A stretch of DNA of 64,000 bases from Dicyema japonicum (Eukaryota > Animalia > Dicyemida): assembly GCA_011109175.1 (NCBI GenBank), contig RDEW01000035.1:201564-265563 (forward strand). Reading direction: 5' to 3'. A program made the position numbers and the translations under genes. Below, piece after piece: positions 24,885 through 36,269 of the stretch. The number at the start of each line of letters is the position of its first letter. Position 1 is the stretch's first letter. Under the pieces are notes generated by a model, which saw only the letters and a program-made list of their open reading frames with translations, was not told the DNA's origin and did no database searches.

Positions 24885-25140
24885 TTAACCCCGGATACAC
24901 CGAGAAAGAAGTTAAAGTAACCAACTAATTAAGTGCATCCAGTTTCCACTTCTACAGAACCAGAGTCCATCCGGAATCAGCATAAAGGGTAAGACGTCCA
25001 TTACATGCAGTTGTGGAAACCCTCCAGTGGAGTGGGGAAGAGCAAATGATCCTTTTTCATGCCGGCCTGGCACTGGCGTCACCTAGACAGGTGGATCACA
25101 TGACGTCACTCTATTAGGAAGAGAGAGGAGGAACAAACAA
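24885..25140 (+). repeat. Family B dispersed repeat, full-length copy
   Basis: High similarity along its whole length to the reverse complement of 35772-36029. Confidence 0.85.
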
Positions 25141-25289
25141 GCAGCAGAAAAATTTAAACCAAGTAACCACGGCGCCACGCGGCAAAAAATCATAATTGTT
25201 CATGTTTTAAACTGTTTTTTTTCAAAATATTTTGACTTAATATAAATATAAATAAAAATTATAAATTAAGATTATTTTAATAAGGAAAA

Positions 25290-26280
25290 AAGACGTGTTA
25301 CACGTGGTGGCTGGAGCTAACTTTGGTCAAGACAGGGGAACTCTGAAAGTAATCTATATAAAATTCACCAGGACCTCCTCGAACTCTGCAAGCCTTTGGC
25401 TAGCAACCTTAAAAAACTCCATAATTTCAAAATGGTGCTCTGCAAACAATCACACTTCCTTCCGACCATATCCAACAAGCCACCTCACTGATAATGCAAG
25501 ACGAATTTTCTACATAATCGCATATCAACAAAGGCTATCCGAAGCCAGAATCTGAAATAGCTCTTTGATAACCTTGCTCGATGGTATAGGTCTCAGAGTA
25601 CACCCTCGACAGAGAAACAAGGAGGACCTTATATTAACTCTGTTAGGAACAATTCTTCTTCATGAAGGTATCTGACTCATGACTGTACTCTAGGACTTCA
25701 TTTCGATTATTATATTCGAAGTTTTTTCTGCCCAGGCCCTCCGTAGACTATCAGAAACTTGTGAAAGTTTCTAGAACTATTTGCTAGATTGAAACAGCTG
25801 TTCTCTTGCAAACTATGAGGTCGGGAGGCGGCAGAATTCTAATCATCTCTGAGATCCGTGGATCTCGATCGTGGTTGTGGAAATCGCCTAGACAGGATCA
25901 CAGTCTTCTATTTCTGTCGAGGGAAATGACTCTCGGAGAATCAGGATAGCATTGATTTGTTGATTTTCTCGAATCTCCAGCAAACAAACCTGCATGCCGA
26001 CGATGATTTGAGTTTTTCAGTTGTTTATCAAATTTATCTTTGCGGGATTTTGTGAAAGTTATTTTGTCTCCGAAGGCGAAAGTTCTAAGCACTCTATTTT
26101 AAAAATCTTTGATAATTCCGAATAGAAACGAAGATTCATCTTGACCAATGGTTAGCTAAAGTTAAGATAAGAGAGCAATGAGTGGTGGCAAACTAAATCT
26201 GTAGGAGAGAAATTGCCGCCAAAGCAGACAGGTAAAGATGCTATGTTATCCAGTTGTGAGATATTACAGTGGGACGGAAA
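25290..26280 (-). mobile_element. Degenerate LINE RT to C-terminal relic
   Basis: RTFAFGDK (xAFADD-like) and a Cys-containing C-terminal block; many stops. Confidence 0.33.
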
Positions 26281-26674
26281 GTGGTTTATTTAACATTTCC
26301 ATAACTGCGAATGTTGTCTTTATAGGCGGTTCGTTATTTTGATGACGTCCTTGATTCCTTCCTCCATGAGGGGCATCTAAGTTTTCTGAGACCTTTGAAG
26401 AATTGAATATTTGTAAAATTAAATTATTCTCAGGATGCAAAATCTAAAATTGGTGACTCAAATTTTGTCTCGATTAGAAGCCATAATTGTTTTTATTGGG
26501 TCGTACAGTTGGTCTAAACAGTGACCCTTGCGGTAAATCCATGAAGCATCTAAAGGGCAAAAGAGAAATTGGGTTGGGCTGATAAGTTGAAAAGGTAGCC
26601 AACAAGTTATAATCTCATAATTAAAAAACTCCGAAGAACGGAGACAAAAAATAGAAAATTAAAATAATTGGACC

Positions 26675-27516
26675 AATTTGCGATAACAGATAAGATAACA
26701 GATAACATGATTTATTCGCAAAACCCCAACTAACTAACAAGGTAAGAGCCATTAACTAAAGAGGAAAGCCAAGATTTGGGGTCGTCTATATCGGGGCACT
26801 ATCATGAGACACCGTATGTCTCTTCTCCGTAAAAAGCCCCAATTACAATGCGATTTCACAAGCAATGTAATAAATCACCGATTCTTCTTGTTTTTCTTTC
26901 GTATTCGTCATCAATTTCAGATGCTAAATCCAATCCATGTGCTTCAATTTAGTTTCATTTATAATTAGAACTTCCATCTGGATCGTGCTATAGCAACCAG
27001 CACTGAGGCCCGTTTCCAAAGAGAACGGGCATTAATCAGGGTTATCCTGACTACTTCTGGTTTTTTTTCCGGTGGCTGCCCTCTCTTCTCTGTATTGAAG
27101 CTTCTACTGTTTCTTTTTTAGAATGTTTCTTACTATATGTCCTATTCCAAGCCAGTTTTAATTTCTTATTCGTTCCAATTTTGGAAACTTCACTTTCTCC
27201 ATTATGGGCATTTTCTCGTTTTAGAAATAATTTTCCATTCGATTCTTTCCTTTTTGGTCAATTTTGTTTTTTTCGCTATGTTAGCTTCAACAGCCTTGGG
27301 ACATCTTCCATAATTGGCAAAGTCGATGGATGAACCACAATTCAAAAAACTTATTATTGTTTTAACCGAACACTGCGATCTTCTATGTGAATGAACAAAC
27401 AAAGGATCTTTCACACATCTCCATTAGGCCTGAAGTATGTTTCTCAAACTCGTAGTATATTTCTTCATCTTGTAGCACAAGTGGCACCACTTTTGTCACC
27501 AGTGGCACCATTTGCG
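26675..27516 (-). mobile_element. Internally deleted I/Jockey-like LINE derivative (ORF1 knuckles + APE start fused to ORF2 C-terminus + 3' UTR + tail)
   Basis: FLNCGSSIDFANYGRCP (gag-type knuckle), ITLINARSL..EVLIINETKL (APE N-terminus) then HGLDLASEIDDEY homologous to YGLDLKSNIEEDY at the end of ORF 27684; 3' UTR similar to 27540-27683; GATAACA-type tail at 26682-26706. Confidence 0.65.
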
Positions 27517-29290
27517 ACAAGACAAGACAAGACAAATTTTATTTTCTAACAAACCCCAAAACTAATTACTGTAAAGAAACCAAAACCTGAACCAAAACTA
27601 ATTAAGTGGGTTTGTATTCATCGTGTAGGGTCATTTTATGAGACACCACATGTCTCTACTTCGTTTGGACCCCAAAAATTACATCACATTTTCCATAAGT
27701 GATGTAATAATTTTTCTATCTTTCTGACTTTCAGGTCGTAATCCTCTTCGATATTAGATTTTAAGTCCAGTCCATATGCCAATTTAATCGCAAATCTTCT
27801 GGACTTTTCCAATTTTTTGACAAAGACATCACTTTCTTTTGTTCTAAACCATCCTTGATAACCATATATCAAGAATGGTTCAACACACGCCGAATACACA
27901 AAAAGAAAAGTTTCAGGCTCCAAATGAAATCGAATTAAAGATTTCAACATTCCTGTAGCTTTCTTTCTTCGTGTTTTAATATGTTCCTTGAAAGATCCTC
28001 TTCGGTCTATCAACAATCCGAGATACTTCAATGTTTCAGAGATTTTTATATCCCCAGTATTCACACATTGATTAATATTTTTTCTTTTACTTGCAATCCA
28101 AGTGACTGTTGTTTTTTCCCTCGATAGAGTCAACCCATTGTTTTGGCACCACTTTCCAATCTTAGTAATATGGGATTCCACCCTTTTCCATGAAATTTGT
28201 TTATTCATGCTTGAATCAAGCACAAGAATGTCATCAGCATAAATAATCATTTGACTATTTACGCTCTCTGTTTTCGGCAAATCTCTCATTACGCAATTGA
28301 AGAGTAGCGGGCTGAGAATTGAACCCTGTGGAACTCCTCTTCGCAATTCAATTTTCTTTGAAATTAAATTTCCAACACGTATATATGACTTTCTTTTTGA
28401 AAGAAAGTTTTCTATCCATAATAACGCAGTTTTCCCAATTTCTGCTTTTGACAACGTATCAACAAGTCCAAAGTGCCAAACACTGTCAAACGCTTTTGTT
28501 ATATCCAAACATGCTATTGTAAGAAATTCCTTTTTATTTCGTGAAATTTCGATTGCAGATCTTAGCTCTTTAAAGCAATCTCCAGTCCCTTTTTTATGCC
28601 GAAATCCCAGTTGATTATCAGAGAGAAAATTATTATCCTCAACATGCCTTGATAGACGATTGAAAACAATTTTTTCCATAACTTTCGATATTGAGCAGAC
28701 TAGGCTAATTGGCCTATAACTATCTGCTTTTGACCTTGGCTTTCCTTTTTTCACAACCATGCGTACAATTGTTCGTTTCCAATAAGCTGGAACATGACCA
28801 AAACTCCAAGAAGAATTATATAATATTTTTAGGCACTCAATCAAAATTGGGCCTGCGTTCTTGAAAATACTCATTGGGATAAAATCCCACCCTGGTGCTT
28901 TATTTTTGCAACCCTTAATTGCAGCATTTATTTCTTCCAGCGTTATAGGATGACACAAGGGACCACTCAGTTTCGACTTTTCTTTATAACTACTTCTTGT
29001 ATCTTGTACTTCTATCGGAATAAAAGATGCCGGATCTATCTCTTGAATTTTGGACAATTGTCGACGTAAAACATTTGGAATTTCTTCTTTTGGAATAGTG
29101 AGACCATCATCTGACTTGAGAGATATTTCTTCATTCTTATTGCTGGGAGAATTCATTCTTGCATATAGTTTCCAAAATTTTGGATTCTGTCGACGTAACT
29201 TTGAACATTCTCTTTTCCATACTTTTTCTTCATTCTTTTTTACAACATCCATTATTTTCTTTCATTTACCCAAAATTGGGATATAATTAA
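27517..29290 (-). mobile_element. I/Jockey-group LINE, 5'-truncated, with an uninterrupted 522-aa RT ORF (27684-29252), 3' UTR and (TTGTC)n tail
   Basis: KAPGWDFI, YRPISLVCSISKVMEK, QLGFR, LDITKAFDSVWH, GVPQGSILSPLLF, YADD, KYLGLLID; plus-strand GACAA x4 at 27517-27536. Confidence 0.92.
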
Positions 29291-29481
29291 ATGTTTAATT
29301 TTTGCCAAGAAGTAATGCATTAGAATTTATCGTTTAATTTTCGTTAGGTAATAGCTATATCTTGATTAAATTATTATAAAATAATGCAAATAATTTAATA
29401 AGATTTACATAATTTTTATAATTACATTTTTTCATTTTTAATTTAATTTTAAGTGATTTTAATTTGTATCTTTCTGTATCA

Positions 29482-29730
29482 GCCGGGTGCCACAGTGGTT
29501 AGTTGTCGGGCTAAAGTGGCTTAGGTCATGGGTTCGATTCTCACTGCTGTTCACCTGGTGGATGGTTCCACGCATCTACGATGCGAAAAGGGTTTGACGA
29601 GTGACGCCGTCATCAGTGGGGATTCACTGCGGAACTGGATGGTCAAAAGGACATACACACAAAAAAAAACAAAAAAGTGAAGAGCTCTCTACGATCAGTT
29701 ATAATAAAGTGTGTGTTCTGCAAGAGCGAA
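29482..29730 (+). mobile_element. Family A tRNA-derived SINE, most complete copy
   Basis: A-box-like TGCCACAGTGG (29488), B-box GGTTCGATTC (29531), structured core 29564-29636, 3' TAATAAAGTGTGT. Confidence 0.8.
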
Positions 29731-30019
29731 ACCCTAGGCATCTTGCGTGCTTATGGCAACGCGGTAGTGCTTACTTATTATATTATTATTTTTTATCTTT
29801 CTTAGATTCGACCAAGAAGCCCCTGCGAACTGGTGGCAATCCGTTACCTGACATGCACAATCTTGTTAATTCCTTTTGCTAAAGATCTTCAACGTGTGAT
29901 AAAAGTTAAAAACAAGAAATGACATCGTTATAATTAAGTGATTGTATTACTTTTTGTCTGAGGTCGTGACGAGGACTAAAATTAAAGGAAGTACCTAAGT
30001 ATTTTGGCGGATCATTTGT

Positions 30020-30790
30020 CTGTCTTTTTCGATTTTGAGTCGTCAGAAATCCCTGAACTAAACGACCTAGTCCGTCGATCGGCACAATGATCTAAAGGGC
30101 TACTAAGGATCTATGAAAGACTATATGTTTTCAAAAACTTGTCTCGATAGCTATCGTCAGAGGAAACAACTGGCCATTGAAGCGCCTTAGATTACTTTAT
30201 TCTTTCTCGTGGTTCCATGGATAATAAATTAAATAGGTAAAAGTCTTCGTTTTCCCTAACGAATCCGAGTCGTCTGGCTACTCTCAAAATGTGATTTAAC
30301 TAGTTACCCTGAGAGACAACTCAATGGCAATCATGTAGATGGGAGTAAACAATTAGAACTTATACATTAATTAAAAAGATGAATCAAAAAATTTTGTCGC
30401 GAATATTCCGAAATATCTATTTAGTTGGATAAAAAATTTCTTCGCTGACAGGGAGTCTCTAGTGGACGTTGGAGGAAATGTTTCAAGTGGAATCTCACTT
30501 AATAGAGGGGTTCCACAGGGCTCTGTACTAAGTCGATATTATTCAATATTTCATCTTCTGAGTTTTTTTTAATTTTTGAAATTTTTAAACTGAGCATATT
30601 GATATTATCACACCTACTTATTTTAATTTGTAGCTATTACCATTGAAATTAAGCACCTGATACGTTGATTCCTTAAAACTCTTGGAATTACAAGGGTCAC
30701 CGACGATCTACGCGAGAATGGACGGTTTCGAGAGTGTATCTCGATATCTATTGTCAGAGGTAACAGCCTGGTGATTCAAGCTCTTTAATA
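30020..30790 (+). mobile_element. Cluster of three CRE 3' micro-fragments (~30020-30190, 30250-30350, 30640-30790) around a Jockey-like RT fragment (30420-30560)
   Basis: SIAIVRGNN and SISIVRGNSLVIQAL motifs; WIKNFFADRESLV...RGVPQGSVLS for the RT piece. Confidence 0.55.
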
Positions 30791-30869
30791 AATTAAATTT
30801 ACTGTCCATTTTATTCTTAATTAGTAATCAATCACATTACCATTCAAGCGTCTTTCCAAGGTGGTGAGA

Positions 30870-31260
30870 AAAAAATTGAGTAACCGCATTTGTAAAAAAA
30901 TCGGTATAGTGGTTCCAACAATCTCAGATGTATCTCAATGGGATATAGTTTAACTCATTAAGAGATTTTGGAAATACTGACAGGAAATAAGTAAGGGGCA
31001 AGAAGAGGGATCGTGATGATCGGGGTTGGTTTCAAAATACTAATTATCGATGAATTTTAGAGAATTGATATTATCGGAGGCAAATAGATGATTCAAACGT
31101 AGATTTTTCAGATAATGAGTTGCTACACGATCCGGTCCATTACATTTGAATTCCATGAGTTTATGATAAGTTTTGACATGACAGACTGGGAGACACTGAC
31201 TAGGTGTACATTTTCTGAAGACGAGTTTACAACATAGAGGAGTCTTTGGGTGATTCTATG
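30870..31260 (+). pseudogene. Possible Tc1-like transposase relic
   Basis: RGIVMIGVGF (GGSVMVWG-like), NYR*ILEN, IFQ/DN, DW and LWVIL in the expected order but across frameshifts. Confidence 0.3.
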
Positions 31261-31296
31261 CTTGCTGCTAAAAATTATTTACCATAGAACGTCAAA

Positions 31297-32263
31297 TCAA
31301 CAATTTTTAAAATCGTTAAATAATTTTTTTAGCAAGTTTCCATCCACATTGTAAATTGAAATATATTTTTTAAATTCGCAGATATTATCATGGTCGTGAA
31401 ATACAAACTGATTTTGTGTAAGCAATGGAATGTTGTTGTCTATTCTACAGAGACCTTTAATAGTTTACAAATCACTCAACCTGAAAAATAAACATCGTCG
31501 ATACTAATTTTACTACGGTTTTTGCAGTTAGTCAGGATTGGAAGGATGGATTCCTTAGATATTGAATACACGTGTCCTGAACAATAATCTGGAAATGTTG
31601 GATTTTGGTAATCAGTATTCGAAACGTACCTTAAATGTGATCTTAAAGGATACCATTTACTTTGAGTGACCCTTATCGCTTCTATTCCACTATTGATCGC
31701 ACAAAACATGAAGGGGGTTTGTTCTATTGGCTTGTTAACCACATTTTTTTCGAAAAAATGAAAAAAATTGTCAATATTTAAAAATACATCGTCGTCAATT
31801 TTTATAAAGTGATCAAAATCTCTGAACTCGTAAAATGCCCACGTGAGAGCACTTTCAACTTTTATAGTCAAATTTCTATAATCCTCATAAAAATTCTTAA
31901 AAATGATATCATTGTTGATTTTCCGTTCGTTTTTTGTTATTTTTAATGTATTTCTCTCCTTATTTTGTCCCATAAAGAAAATAAGTTTAGAATTCATTTT
32001 TTCCATCAATTTTGCATTCCCCCAAGTCTCCCGCACTGCATTTCTTTTTCCACGTGACTTGGCTCTAATTGATAAATTCAGTTACAACCCGAAATTACGA
32101 CGAATAAAAACTTGTATTTTCGACGATAAATGTAGTTTGTGTTTCCAGTGAACACAATAATAAGTGAGGCCAACTGAAAATGTCAAATATTAACTACAGT
32201 GAGCAATACTAATAATATCCTTTGCAATTTGGCGTTTTTTAAATTATTAAAAATTCTCTTCAT
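31297..32263 (-). CDS. GT31-family beta-1,3-glycosyltransferase (B3GALT/B3GNT-like), 296 aa, 4 exons
   Basis: Exons 32263-32198, 32173-32089, 32062-31481, 31454-31297 (introns 24,26,26 nt; 891 nt, open). N-terminal TM, RNAVRETWG, FYEDYRNLTIK, KIDDDVF, FPDYCSGHVYSIS, IDDVYFSGLC. Confidence 0.9.
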
Positions 32264-32499
32264 TTGTGCGGTGAGTTTTATTGCTGAATATTAAATTTTT
32301 ATTAAAATTGAATATTTTTAAATTGAAAATTAAATATTGTAATAAATATATTCGAAATTTTTTAAATATTATTTTTTGAGTAAAAAATAACTTAAATGAA
32401 GAAAAGTCATAATTATACTTTTGAAAATAGAAAAATTAGGTTTTCAACCGCAAAACTTGTCAGCACGGATTCCAAAAACCCGCGATTGTTGGTAAACAC

Positions 32500-33420
32500 G
32501 CTTTGAATGAACGTTCTAAAACAAATTTATCTGTCTGCTAATTTTAATTGCCATTTTTAGGCTTCAGATCGTAGTTTAGAACAGATTATGAGTTCGGAAC
32601 AGACATTGTATTGCTTTCCATTCGACGTTATTCTTCCAACCACTGTTGTCAGGGTTTTTTGTCATGGCTTATTTTTTGTTTCATGAGTTTCTATGATGAT
32701 TCAACAATTTCTGGCTTCAGAGTCTCGCTGAGCATTCTGCAAGTAGTGCACTGTTCCTTATTTTGTTAGGCTATATTACTCTATTGCTTACTTATTTTCA
32801 GAATTTCTTCAGCGAAATTCGCTCTTCCTTTTATATCAATCACGAAAAGCAGTTTTATGAAAACACAGATTTCAAAAAACGATATTTCTGAAAATTTTTA
32901 CATTTTTTATTATTCAAAAAGAAACAACTTTCACATTGACTCTAAGAGCTACTCCAAAAAGTTAGACCATTGATTTGTAAGAGATCACTTTCTCACAGGT
33001 TTGATGATCCAAAGTCTGTCGGTTATAACCTCCGATAGCATGATGCTCTTACTTGGACTCTTGAGTAGACAATACGGTTAGCAGCAGACTCTACATCAAT
33101 CTGGCCATTCACGTACGTTAGTCACGAACGTCAGATTTTTAAATTTTGTTAGTCACTAAATCGTTCCGTAGTTTGTGTAATGGCTAATAAAATCCCAACA
33201 TGTGATCTATAATTTTATATATGGTCAGTCCAAGCAGAAGCATCTTTACTATTTTTCAATATTTCTTGCAATTAATCCATCTTTTCTTAGAGAATCTACA
33301 AATTCTACCTCATTTGATCGCCCAAGTGGAAAAAATTCATTATAGGAGATATCATATTTTTTCCTCCATCTTCTTTTGAATTTTTACAAGTCACTCATAT
33401 TTATCATCAGAATTATTATT
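32500..33420 (-). pseudogene. Possible hAT transposase relic
   Basis: DASAWTDHI*NYRSHVGI resembles hAT DxWT..SYLG; otherwise riddled with stops. Confidence 0.25.
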
Positions 33421-33459
33421 AAATCTGAATAAAGAAAGAAACAAGTTGAAAATTAACAA

Positions 33460-33705
33460 CCAATTAAGTGTGTGCGACTCCCATTGTCGGAGAAACCGAG
33501 TCCTTGCAATATCATACAAGCTCATCCAGTACCAGCCTTAAAGGTGGAAAAAATCATTCTTTGCAGTTGTGGAAACCCCTCCAGTGGAATGGGGAGAGAA
33601 AATCATCCTTTTACACGCGACCCTGGATCTGGGCGCTACCTGAGACAAGTTGATCATATGAAGCCACTCTATTCGAATAGGAAATAGAAGTAGAATAGAG
33701 ACACC
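33460..33705 (+). repeat. Family B dispersed repeat
   Basis: TTTGCAGTTGTGGAAACCCCTCCAGTGGAATGGGGAGAG core, CCACTCTATT and purine-rich 3' end. Confidence 0.75.
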
Positions 33706-34009
33706 AAAAATCTTCAAATCAAGTAGCTCATAGCACGACGCTAACTTTGGCATTGCTCGATTAGATTATGTCGCGAGCGCATTTAGCGACCGAGCGCTAC
33801 GCACGACCAGTCAATCAATCAAATTAACTTAATTTTTTCAAGATTAAGAATAATTATTATTTTTAACTGTTATTAGTGACTACATTCAACTTCTTAAGTC
33901 TTTTTGAATGTATTTTCATTACCGATCCATCACTATTTTCCGATATCTCCAACATCCAAATCATATTTTGAGCGGTGTACTCCCATTTTCCTATTCATCC
34001 TCTGAATGA

Positions 34010-34500
34010 CCACGTCATGCCGCTCCGAATGATGTGATCGTCAGAGCTCTGAAGGCTTCAGGCTTCCCAGCACAGCTTGAACCAGTAGGTCTTGATCGAG
34101 GAGATGGGAAGAGACCTGACGGGATGACCCTTTTCCCCTTCACGTCTGGAAGATCTTTGGTCTGGGACGCAACTTGCATAGACACGTTCTCAAGCACGAA
34201 CATTTTTAAATCTGTTCAGACACCTGGAGCAGCTGCTTCGACCGCGGAAAACCTAAAAATCAAGAAATATTCTTGCCTCGGGGATCGCTACCGATTTACT
34301 CCTGTTGCGACCGAATCATCCGGAGCCGTTGGTCCAATGACGGCTGAATTCTTGCAAGAACTCGGAGGATTGCTTGCCAGAAAGAAAAGGGATCAACGAG
34401 AAGGGTTATGGCTAAGACAAAAGATCGGAATAGCCATACTCCGAGGGAACTCGTTCGCAATCCACGCAGCAGGCTTCCTCAACTGACATTTGTTTAATTG
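34010..34500 (+). mobile_element. CRE-clade LINE 3' fragment nested in the Ginger-like element
   Basis: ORF 34034-34486 EPVGLDRGDGKRPDGMTLFPF, LVWDATCIDT, TESSGAVG, QKIGIAILRGNS. Confidence 0.9.
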
Positions 34501-34639
34501 TTAAAAAAATTTTAAAAATATAAAAAAAAAATTAATCCTCTTATAATATGAGGACTCCAAATTAATTTTAGGAAAATTAAACTCAAATTCATCTAAATTA
34601 TATTTAAATACAAAACTGAATGAACCTACGTTGTCTCGT

Positions 34640-35530
34640 TCAGTATTGTTTTTTACTACAGTATTAAATCCTGGAATCCCACGATATTTCTGAAACGGAC
34701 TAACTCCTACGAAAAAAATATAAAAATCAATTTATCTGTGGATAAGTGAGGCGTTTGATTGTATAAAAAACCACTCCTTTTATTATCCAAACTTGGAATG
34801 TATTTCACCCACTTTTTTTTATTATCCAAACTCATCATTTTTGACAAACTTCTTGTGATCGTTGGTTAAATCTCTCCACAATCCCTTGACTTTGGGCATT
34901 CCATGTATTTGCGTCACATTAAATTCTTTGCATAACTTTGTCATATGAAAATTTTTGAATTCTGTACCATTGTCCGATTGCAAATATACACATGGGCCGT
35001 ATTCCATAAAAATTTTTTCTAGTTTATAGGCCATTTCATTTCCACTTTTATTCATAAGATTTTTCGTAAGAGCATATTTGGAATAAACATCAACAACAGA
35101 AAGCGACCAAGAAAAATGATTATTTTGATCTTCAACTGTATAAAATAACATAAACTTTCAGACCTTTTAAGATCAATCAGATCGACTTGAAATCTCTCAT
35201 TAGGCGCATCATCATATTGTTTTAGTGGTACTGAGAATTGCCAAATATTGAATTCTCTAACAATTTGTCGAGTGATCTCTCTTTTTACTATAAAAAATCT
35301 TCTCCTACAACGAGCTTCCAATGGATTGTGCCACAATGATTGGCCTCATGAATCTCCCGAGCGATTATTTTCATTTCTTCTATATTCGTGGAAACAATTA
35401 CGAGCTTGTGTAGCCCATTTACATCTTAAGATATAATTTCTCCTCATTGATTATGAAATTTTCCGCTTTCTTTTTGAGTCGATACTTCCTATGCTTGGGA
35501 AGATCGACATCCTCATTATCAACTAAAGAT
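34640..35530 (-). pseudogene. rve-type (DDE) integrase/transposase, frameshifted
   Basis: ERFQVDLIDL, SVVDVYSKY, LQSDNGTEFKN, upstream degenerate HHCC-like region; no RT or RNase H adjacent. Confidence 0.85.
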
Positions 35531-35771
35531 CTCAACTAATTATATTCATTTTGATCTTTCACAAACAAACGCTGATGTGACATAACGGGCAAAAGACAAA
35601 ATTTTGGATAATATTTTATTTGCGGTAAGTATGCCGACAAAAAATTATTTAAATTTCTATAAAATAAATAATAATAAATGTTAATAACGTCAAGAATAAT
35701 CTGATTTAATAGAAAAATATAATGGTTCTTTTTTTTTTTTATTTTTGATAGATTAGTCATCAATTAGATTG

Positions 35772-36029
35772 TTCTTCCTCTCTTCCTATTAGAGTGGCGT
35801 CATGTGATCTACCTGTCTAGGTGGCCCCTAGTGCCAGGCCGGCACGAAAAAGGATCATTTGCTCTCCCCCACTCCACTGGAGGGGTTTCCACAACTGCAA
35901 CTATGGAGTCTTTTACCTTTTATGCTGATTTCGGATGGACTCTTTCTGTAAAAGTGGAAACTGGATACACTTAATTAGTTGTTTACTTTAACTTTTTTCT
36001 CTGTGTATCCAGGGTTAATTAATAAATCA
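35772..36029 (-). mobile_element. Family B SINE-like insertion with 13-bp TSD
   Basis: ATCAATTAGATTG at 35759-35771 and 36030-36042; internal perfect 10-bp inverted repeat CTGGATACAC/GTGTATCCAG. Confidence 0.85.
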
Positions 36030-36269
36030 ATCAATTAGATTGACAGGTTGTTGACAGGTGTCAAAGTCGCTCATGCGCTCGCGACAGATTATCACTTATT
36101 TATTTATCGCAGTATAATTTATTGTACATTTTGCAATAAAACACCAACAAAATACAGTATAACTCTTTCTATCCGACAGTTTTCTTAACCGCCAACATAA
36201 AAAAATAGTTCATTAAAATTTGTTTAAAATATATCGAGCTAATGCTTTACCACCAAATGTAAGAAAATT

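Larger units (their letters stand above)
33759..36086 (-). mobile_element. Ginger2/TDD-like DNA transposon with TIRs, 5-bp TSD and integrase-type transposase
   Basis: Left end TGTCGCGAGCGCATTTAGCGAC (33759); right end reverse complement TGTCGCGAGCGCATGAGCGAC (36086); GATTA flanks both ends (33754-58, 36087-91); integrase inside. Confidence 0.82.

Noticed and set aside
32500-32800. Reading frame punctuated by TAA/TAG, hinting at a ciliate-type genetic code
   Set aside because: Neighbouring host genes use TAA, TAG and TGA as stops and the frame also contains TGA; consistent with ordinary decay.
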